Shown in pieces: positions 57,458 through 64,000 of a stretch of DNA of 64,000 bases (the first letter of the stretch is position 1; every line of letters begins with the position of its first letter). The stretch lies in contig CAVXRD010000002.1 of the NCBI GenBank assembly GCA_963764165.1, forward strand, positions 2,176,001-2,240,000, read 5' to 3'. The position numbers were made by a program, and so were the translations under genes. The stretch is from an uncultured Verrucomicrobiae bacterium (GTDB lineage Bacteria > Verrucomicrobiota > Verrucomicrobiia > Limisphaerales > Palsa-1400). The notes beneath the pieces are model-generated. The model did no database searches. It was not told the DNA's origin and saw only the letters and a list, made by a program, of their open reading frames with translations.

Positions 57458-58357
57458 CTAACCCCACAGCCGTTCAGGGTAATCTCCCTGCGCCACCAAT
57501 TGGCGGACGCTGGCCACCACTCTCGGCCGATCTTCCTGGTAGGTCACCCCAAACCATGAAGCATCCGTCGGCAGAACTTGAACCCTCCCTCTGGCTTCCG
57601 CGATGAGATCGCTGACCACGCTTGGCAAATAACATTCCGATTTTGGTTCCGTGCCGCTCTTGGCCAGAAATTCCGCGAATTTCGCGCGAAGCGCAGGGAA
57701 GATTTCAGGCGTAAAACCCCAGAAATTCATCGAGACAATTTCGTCGCCGCCGAGCGGGGTGATTTTGCCGGAGGGGTCGGTGTTCCGCGCGTTTTGCCCA
57801 TCGCGTTCGATGCGCGTCATCTCTTCGACCGATTGCAACAATCCGCCCGGCCCCACCTGGCAGATGCCGCGCGAGACAGTGCCGAAATCCGAAAGCGTGT
57901 TCCGCAAACGAAAGCCCGCCATCGCGAAATCGCCATTCCCCGCGGAAAGAAACTGCGCCAGCAAGCGAAACGATTCGGCCCCGTAAAAATCGTCCGCATT
58001 AATCGCCACGAACGGCTCCTCAATCGCGCCTTCTCCCGCCAAGACGGCGTGACCGGTGCCCCAGGGCTTGGTGCGGTTGGGCGGTGGTGTGAAGCCGTCC
58101 GGGAGATCGGTTATTTCCTGAAAGGCATACCGAACGGGCAGGCGCCCCTCGAACCGCTGCCCCACGATTTCGCGAAACGGTTTCTCCAAATCGCGCCGGA
58201 TGACAAACACGAGTTTGCCGAAGCCCGCCCGCATGGCGTCATAGACGGAGTAGTCGATGATGGTTTCGCCGCTGGGGCCGACAGGGTCCATTTGTTTGAG
58301 TCCGCCGTAACGGCTGCCCATTCCGGCTGCCAGCACTAGTAGAGCAGGGTTTGTCAT
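57458..58357 (-). CDS. Sugar-phosphate nucleotidyltransferase family protein
   Basis: LAAGMGSRYGGLKQ, KPWGTGHA, INADDFYG, SMNFWGF, WFGVTY. Confidence 0.88.
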   Translation of the reverse strand: MTNPALLVLAAGMGSRYGGLKQMDPVGPSGETIIDYSVYDAMRAGFGKLVFVIRRDLEKPFREIVGQRFEGRLPVRYAFQEITDLPDGFTPPPNRTKPWGTGHAVLAGEGAIEEPFVAINADDFYGAESFRLLAQFLSAGNGDFAMAGFRLRNTLSDFGTVSRGICQVGPGGLLQSVEEMTRIERDGQNARNTDPSGKITPLGGDEIVSMNFWGFTPEIFPALRAKFAEFLAKSGTEPKSECYLPSVVSDLIAEARGRVQVLPTDASWFGVTYQEDRPRVVASVRQLVAQGDYPERLWG

Positions 58358-58523
58358 GGATGTTTCGTATGGGAAGAATGGGACATATGCTTCCCATTCT
58401 TCTAATTATTCCCATTCTTCCCATCGTCTTTCATCTGCTTACTTAGCAACCAACCCAATCGGAATTTCAATTCCCATTTTCCCAAACCTCCCCTATATTG
58501 GACACTGGCTTAAAGCCCACTAT

Positions 58524-59324
58524 ATGAAAAGCTGTCCGCCCGAAGACGCACTAGAGCTGCACGACAAGCAGAGCGAACCCGATTATCGCAAGCTCCCGAT
58601 CGACAAGGTCGGGGTGCGCGGCTTGCGCTTTCCGATCCAGGTTTTGGATAAGGCGCGCTCGCAGCAAAGCACCGTCGCCACCATCGGCATGTTCGTGGAC
58701 CTTCCCCAGGAATTCAAAGGCACCCACATGAGCCGCTTTATCGAGGTGCTGAATTCCCATGGGCATATCGTCCATGTCGAGAATATCACCGATATTCTTT
58801 ACGCGATGCAGGCCAAGTTCAAATCGGCTATCGCCCATCTTGAAATGGAGTTTCCTTATTTCCTGGTGAAGAAAGCGCCGGTGTCAGGCTTGGAAAGCGT
58901 GATGGATTACACGGCCCGATTCGACGCCACCGCCACCGGCAAGGAAATCGATTTTGTCCTGACAGTGCAGGCAGGCGTGACGACGCTGTGCCCCTGCTCC
59001 AAGGCCATCAGCCGGCATGGCGCGCACAATCAGCGTGGATTGGTGACGGTGAAATTGCGGTCGACAAAAGCCATCTGGATCGAGGATGTGATCGCCTTGG
59101 TGGAAAGTTCGGCCAGCTCGGAGCTGTATTCGCTCTTGAAACGGCAGGACGAAAAGGCCGTCACCGAGCGGGCTTACGAAAATCCCGTGTTCGTCGAAGA
59201 CCTCGTCCGGAACGTCGCCGTGAAGCTGAATGCCCACCCGGATGTGACGTGGTACAAGGTCGAGGCCGAGAATTTTGAGAGCATTCACAATCACAACGCT
59301 TATGCCTCGATTGAAAAGGGCTGA
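58524..59324 (+). CDS. folE2: GTP cyclohydrolase type IB
   Basis: IDKVGV, KGTHMSRF, TTLCPCSK, AHNQR, LKR.DEK, NP.FVED, ESIHNHNA. Confidence 0.93.
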   Translation: MKSCPPEDALELHDKQSEPDYRKLPIDKVGVRGLRFPIQVLDKARSQQSTVATIGMFVDLPQEFKGTHMSRFIEVLNSHGHIVHVENITDILYAMQAKFKSAIAHLEMEFPYFLVKKAPVSGLESVMDYTARFDATATGKEIDFVLTVQAGVTTLCPCSKAISRHGAHNQRGLVTVKLRSTKAIWIEDVIALVESSASSELYSLLKRQDEKAVTERAYENPVFVEDLVRNVAVKLNAHPDVTWYKVEAENFESIHNHNAYASIEKG

Positions 59325-59441
59325 AAAAACTCGAAACTTACTGTTGCTAAATTTGTTTTCTTTGGTAGAGTCACCCACCCCTAAAAAAAGGGGAATGATT
59401 TAGCACGTCCGTTCCAAGGGGAATGGCGCATAAGGAATTTT

Positions 59442-60014
59442 GTGAGCAAACAAGAAGAGAAAAAGAGCGCACCGCCCGGCAAGAAAACCGGGCCAGCCAC
59501 CGCTGCGTCCATCCTTGGCCGCGGCCCTTTGCAAACCAGCCCCAATGGCAAACCGAAGATCAAATCCCAATGGAAGGAATATTACAACCACCTCTTGGAG
59601 CTTCGGGAACGCCTATCGAACCAGATGAGCGGCTTGGCCAAGGAATCTGCCGAGGAAATGTCCAATTACAGCCTGCATATGGCGGATTCGGGCACGGATA
59701 ATTTTGACCGCGACTTTGCTCTGAGCCTCCTTTCGTCCGACCAGGATGCCATTTACGAGATCGAGGAAGCACTCAAACGCATCGAAAAAGGGACTTACGG
59801 CGTTTGCGAGCTGACCGGCGAGCAGATCCCAGCACCGCGATTGGAAGCCATTCCATGGACGCGCTTCACGGTTGAGGCGCAAAGCCAGTTGGAAAAAGAA
59901 GGCGCCTTGCGCCAGCGCCGCCTCGGTCAATTGGGCACTGTCGACACCTCTGGCGGGGTCGATACGGAAGAAGATGACGAAGTAGAGGAAAAACCCGCCA
60001 AAGAGAAGGAATAA
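59442..60014 (+). CDS. dksA: DksA/TraR-family protein with degenerate C4 zinc finger
   Basis: HMADSGTD coiled-coil tip; [41 protein letters not shown]. Confidence 0.85.
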   Translation: MSKQEEKKSAPPGKKTGPATAASILGRGPLQTSPNGKPKIKSQWKEYYNHLLELRERLSNQMSGLAKESAEEMSNYSLHMADSGTDNFDRDFALSLLSSDQDAIYEIEEALKRIEKGTYGVCELTGEQIPAPRLEAIPWTRFTVEAQSQLEKEGALRQRRLGQLGTVDTSGGVDTEEDDEVEEKPAKEKE

Positions 60015-60015
60015 T

Positions 60016-60183
60016 ATGGCCCGCGAAATCATTACTATCGAATGCACTGAAGCGCGCAAGGAAGGCAAGTCGCCCTCCCGCTACACAACCACCCGAAACA
60101 AGAAGCTCCAGACAGAGAAGCTGGAACTCAAGAAGTACAACCCCGCGCTGCGCCGCCACACGGTGCATCGTGAAATCAAGTAG
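60016..60183 (+). CDS. rpmG: 50S ribosomal protein L33 (55 aa, absent from the ORF track)
   Basis: [55 protein letters not shown]. Confidence 0.95.
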   Translation: MAREIITIECTEARKEGKSPSRYTTTRNKKLQTEKLELKKYNPALRRHTVHREIK

Positions 60184-60188
60184 ACTTT

Positions 60189-60455
60189 ATGCCACGCAAG
60201 ACTCATCCGGAAAAACCGGCCGGCCGCGGTGGCCGCGGCACTGGCTCAGCCATGGAAGTTCGCACTCCCCGGCCCAAGCCGAAAATTGACTTCACGTTCG
60301 ACGCCCTCGATTACAAGAACGTCAATCTCCTCAAACAATTTGTGACCGACCAGGGCCGCATCCTGCCGCGCAAATACACCGGCCTCCCGGCGCATTACCA
60401 GCGGCAGCTGAATCGCTCCATCAAGCGGGCGCGTCAGATGCTTTTAATGAAGTAA
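60189..60455 (+). CDS. rpsR: 30S ribosomal protein S18
   Basis: [25 protein letters not shown]...QR.L..SIKRAR. Confidence 0.95.
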   Translation: MPRKTHPEKPAGRGGRGTGSAMEVRTPRPKPKIDFTFDALDYKNVNLLKQFVTDQGRILPRKYTGLPAHYQRQLNRSIKRARQMLLMK

Positions 60456-61056
60456 GGGATTGGGTTCGCTCGATCCGCTGAGCCACGACGCGCTCCAATT
60501 GCGCGGCGTGAGCCTCCAGCGTGGTGTCGGTCCACACCGCAAAATCGGACCGCAACAGCTTCCGATCGATTGGCCATTGTGCCGCCACCCGCTGGCGGAT
60601 TTGGCTGTCTTCCCACCCCCGCAACCGCAGCCTGCTGGCCTGCGATGCTTCGCCGCACGCGATGCAAATAATCGCGTCAAAACGCGAGTCCGCGCCCGTC
60701 TCAAACAACAACGGAATCAAGACAGCGCCGCAGTTTTTCCCGGCCACCCGCCAGCCTTCTACGATGGCCTCCCACGCCGCGCGAATCTTCGGATGCAAGA
60801 TCGCCTCCAAAGCGACTCGGGATTGGGGATTCGCGAAGACTTCTTTCGCCAGGGCTGCGCGATTTATTTTGCCGTCCTGCAAAAAAACAGCCGAGCCAAA
60901 TCGCCGCCGAATTTCTTCGGTGGCAGACTGGCCCGGCTCGGTTAATTGTCTGGCGATGGCATCCGTGTCGATCACGGATACACCCCGTTTTTGCAGCAGC
61001 TCGCCGGCGGTGGACTTGCCCATGCCGACCCCGCCGGTGATGCCGAACAACGTCAC
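60421..61056 (-). CDS. coaE: Dephospho-CoA kinase
   Basis: [37 protein letters not shown] overlap with the upstream stop; 3' end overlaps rpsR by 35 bp. Confidence 0.92.
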   Translation of the reverse strand: MTLFGITGGVGMGKSTAGELLQKRGVSVIDTDAIARQLTEPGQSATEEIRRRFGSAVFLQDGKINRAALAKEVFANPQSRVALEAILHPKIRAAWEAIVEGWRVAGKNCGAVLIPLLFETGADSRFDAIICIACGEASQASRLRLRGWEDSQIRQRVAAQWPIDRKLLRSDFAVWTDTTLEAHAAQLERVVAQRIERTQSLTSLKASDAPA

Positions 61057-64000
61057 TGCGGCAGACGAGTGGCTCGATAGAACTTCAATGAGTTCGTCAT
61101 GGGGACCACCTGCGTGAATGATCCATTGGTTAACGATGCCTCGTTCGTGTAGAATGCAGTCCACTGCAGCAAGTTGGTGGATGATTCCAGCGCGTAGTTC
61201 TGGCCTTCTTGGCCGCGCAATGTCAATTGGAGAGTGCCGTTCGACAAGTTCGTCGCCAAAAGCTGGGCGCTCGGGCTTGTCAAAACCGTTGTCGAATTGA
61301 CCGCAGTCGCATCCGCCAGATACAGATCGGCGCTGGCTGTGCTGACGGTTGCCGCATTTTCTATCGTTCCGGGCGTGTTCGCGATGACGCGAATCGTCGC
61401 GGTGGCAATGGCGCCGTTGCTGATGCTGCCGAGATATGCCACAACAGTGCCATTCAAGTTCGAAACTGATCCTTGCGAGGCGCTGCCAGTGATGAATGTC
61501 AAGCTCGCTGGCAAGGCATCAGTGATGACAACGTTATTGGCCACGCTCGGTCCCTGATTGGAAACCGTGATTTGATAATTGAGATAATTGCCGCTATAGA
61601 CCGGATCCGGCGCGGCGATCATGCTTGCTTGCAGAAGCGCAGCGGGGTTGATGGTCTGGACGGTGGTCAAGCCCAAGCTCCATCCCTCAACAATCGCTCC
61701 GCCATTGCCTTGCGTATCGTCATAAACATAGAGCGACCAGAGGCCATTCGGACTGTATCCGTTGAACAGCGCCAAGGAAGTTCCATCCGTTGCCGCAGGC
61801 AGCCCTGGGAACAGGTCTACGGGCGCGTAATCGGTCGGAAGGTATGTGCCCGAGAGCAATTGCCCAACCGGCAGCGAAGCCGACGCAGCATCATCGAAGG
61901 TGAGGGTCAAATTCGTGGCGCCATAAGGACCCCCGGCGTGGCCCATCACGATGAGTTCTTGGCCGGACGGGCTGGCAAGCAGTGCGTTCACATCGTGCGG
62001 AAACGTATGCGCAAAACCCTTCAGCGTTACAGTCACTTTGCTAACCAAGCCAGACACATTGGTGACAAGGATGGCCGCAGGATACGGTGTGGCAGTCCCA
62101 AATTGCGGAATGATGATTTCACCGGAATTCGTAAACGAAGCGGTTGACGGCATCACGAACGCAAACGAAACCGTTCCGTAGGAATTAGAGCCGTCGTTAA
62201 GCATCAACGTGGCGGTCACGGTCGCGCCAGGCGCGCCATCCGCAACGAAGGTGAACGGCTCGGTGCCGATGCCTTGCGCGGGAATTGCGCCATAAACCTG
62301 GTTCGTCGTGATCGGCGCAATCGAATTTGACGCTAGAAGCGTCGCCATCAGATTCCGGGTTGCAACAAAACCAGAGTTGGTCAGTGTCAATGCAACAGTT
62401 ACCGGGACGTTCGAATTCACCGATCCATCGCCTTGGGACAATAACGTGGCGTCATAGGCTGAGATGACCGGGATCGCCGCGCTGGCCGTCACCACTGCCG
62501 CCGCCAGATTGTTGGATGGATTGATATCATCGGAACCAGAGATCACCGACCATGTGTTGCTGAAAGTTCCCACGTTGGTGGGAACGGCCACGATGGTAAC
62601 AGAGGCAAGGCCATTCGGAACGATTGTGCCCAGGTCACAGACAACAAATCCATTGCTGAAGCTGTTAGAGTTGACCTGCGAGGCAATTACATTGGTCAGG
62701 TTCACGCTCAAACCCGCCAATGAAAACTTGCCCACTGTGGCGACCGAGTTGCTCGGGCCCAAGTTTGTCACCGTCAGGGTATACGTGATGTTGCTGCCGA
62801 CAATGGCATTCGTTGGCGTCGCCGAGATGCCTGCGGCAAGATCCGCCAAGGGCATGCTCACCGCTGCCACGATCGAGGCGGAATTGTTGGCGAGATTGAA
62901 CGCGGCAAAGGCCACTCCTGCGTTGATGCTGTTGGTCAAGTAGCCCGCGCCAGCCGCAAGGTCAACGTTTGTAATCACCGCCCCCTGGCCGGCGCCCAGG
63001 ACACCGACGTGGTAAACGACTGTTTGGCCATTCTGAACGAAGCCGCCCAAATCGCCGGTCACAGACTCAAATGTCAAGGCGGTCGGCAGCGTGTTGGTTA
63101 TATATGCATCGACAGGCGTTATGCCCGCGTTGGTCACCGCCATGTAGTAGCTAATATAATCACCCACCACAAGCTGATTGGTTGATTGGGTGATTCCAGC
63201 CAGCAGGCTGTTGGTGGGGTTGACTGGCGTGATCGTCGTGATCGTCAACGACCACCCATTGCTAATGCCGCCAGAATCGCCCGGGGCATTATCCTGCCCG
63301 AAAAGCGACCAGGTTCCATTCGCATTCCCTCCGACAAAGTTCGTCAGGTTAGTGCCATAAGGAGCCGCACCCGCATTGACGAAGGCGTTGGTCGCATTGT
63401 AATCAGCCGGGGCATAGGTGCCGGATGTGAAGCTGCCGGAGCTTGGCAGCGCAATCGACGCCGTGGAATCAAACGTCACAGTCGTGTCGGTCATGAAGCT
63501 ATAACCCTCTGCCGCCGAATCCATCAAGACGGTGTTCGTCGAAGGTCCAGCAAGGAGCAACCCGATATCGTGCGGATAGGTGTGGCTCATGTTGGAGACG
63601 GTGACTGTCACTTTGGAAAGATACCCAGTGACGTTCGAGACAATGATGCTCGATGGGTACGGGCTGGCCGGGCCGGCATCAGGTTGCGGAACGAAATTGG
63701 TCGCCGGCAAGTAGATCGGATTCGTGTTATAGAATGTATGCACCTCCGGCAGATAGAAGGTAAACGCCGCTGTTCCCAGGCTCGTTGATCCGTCCTGAAG
63801 CGACAGCGTCGCCACCACGGTGCCTCCGTTCGTTCCGTTCGCAACGAAAGTGAAGTAGCCCGCGACTGGCGCTCCCCCGGGAACCAATGCGCCATAGGTC
63901 TGCGGATTGCCGCCGGGCAGCGTTACACCGCCTGTGGCTTGCAGCGTTGCCACAAGATTTGTCGTCGGAATGTTTCCAGCATTTTGCAGGTAGAAATTGA
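61053..64000 (-). CDS. Large secreted protein, 5'-truncated by window edge (two proprotein-convertase-P-like domains, DUF11-like repeats, C-terminal putative sorting domain)
   Basis: Duplicated 'PYP..I.V.NV.G..SKVTVT...HT.PHD...LL..PS' and 'NG.WSL'; ITYTLTVTNLGP / YQITVSNQGP DUF11 motifs; C-terminus SSTNLLQW...KFYR. Confidence 0.8.
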   Translation of the reverse strand, partial: NFYLQNAGNIPTTNLVATLQATGGVTLPGGNPQTYGALVPGGAPVAGYFTFVANGTNGGTVVATLSLQDGSTSLGTAAFTFYLPEVHTFYNTNPIYLPATNFVPQPDAGPASPYPSSIIVSNVTGYLSKVTVTVSNMSHTYPHDIGLLLAGPSTNTVLMDSAAEGYSFMTDTTVTFDSTASIALPSSGSFTSGTYAPADYNATNAFVNAGAAPYGTNLTNFVGGNANGTWSLFGQDNAPGDSGGISNGWSLTITTITPVNPTNSLLAGITQSTNQLVVGDYISYYMAVTNAGITPVDAYITNTLPTALTFESVTGDLGGFVQNGQTVVYHVGVLGAGQGAVITNVDLAAGAGYLTNSINAGVAFAAFNLANNSASIVAAVSMPLADLAAGISATPTNAIVGSNITYTLTVTNLGPSNSVATVGKFSLAGLSVNLTNVIASQVNSNSFSNGFVVCDLGTIVPNGLASVTIVAVPTNVGTFSNTWSVISGSDDINPSNNLAAAVVTASAAIPVISAYDATLLSQGDGSVNSNVPVTVALTLTNSGFVATRNLMATLLASNSIAPITTNQVYGAIPAQGIGTEPFTFVADGAPGATVTATLMLNDGSNSYGTVSFAFVMPSTASFTNSGEIIIPQFGTATPYPAAILVTNVSGLVSKVTVTLKGFAHTFPHDVNALLASPSGQELIVMGHAGGPYGATNLTLTFDDAASASLPVGQLLSGTYLPTDYAPVDLFPGLPAATDGTSLALFNGYSPNGLWSLYVYDDTQGNGGAIVEGWSLGLTTVQTINPAALLQASMIAAPDPVYSGNYLNYQITVSNQGPSVANNVVITDALPASLTFITGSASQGSVSNLNGTVVAYLGSISNGAIATATIRVIANTPGTIENAATVSTASADLYLADATAVNSTTVLTSPSAQLLATNLSNGTLQLTLRGQEGQNYALESSTNLLQWTAFYTNEASLTNGSFTQVVPMTNSLKFYRATRLPQ

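Noticed and set aside
1..64000. tRNA/rRNA genes
   Set aside because: No cloverleaf with a T-loop GTTCRA motif or rRNA-like conserved tract was recognised by eye; tRNAscan-SE/Infernal would be decisive.

Overview
A 64-kb GC-rich bacterial chromosomal window. Gene content points to Verrucomicrobiota, probably Pedosphaerales/Limisphaerales-like (inference): clustered prepilin/H-X9-DG (DUF1559-type) genes, huge Thr/Asn-rich secreted proteins and PVC-type L33/S18. Housekeeping genes include clc, aroD, ridA, rmuC, gdh, trxB, cdd-pdp-nupC, prmC, miaB, hsp20-lon, tcdA, folE2-dksA-rpmG-rpsR and coaE. Accessory loci are an ExbB-ExbD-TonB-ExbD-AraC-TpsB-TpsA (DUF3739-type) cluster, a BlaI/BlaR1-type pair with twin operators, a pilin with a YfhO-like membrane protein, and rhuM. 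Intergenic DNA is saturated with several REP/REPIN/MITE families. Main observations: (1) [S/T]-N dipeptides are strongly enriched in two large exported proteins but nearly absent from the equally S/T/N-rich TpsA, suggesting an undescribed modification sequon. (2) A frameshifted, TIR-less mobile element has a protein with Rep_trans-like rolling-circle motifs. (3) Two near-identical IS1182 copies each sit at the apex of a REP hairpin. (4) A 99-bp REPIN lies in frame inside aroD. (5) Two 83-bp iteron-like modules share geometry but differ in repeat unit. (6) A MITE with a 9-bp target duplication carries REP cargo. No CRISPR array, tRNA or rRNA was recognised. All calls are by eye, with no database searches run.
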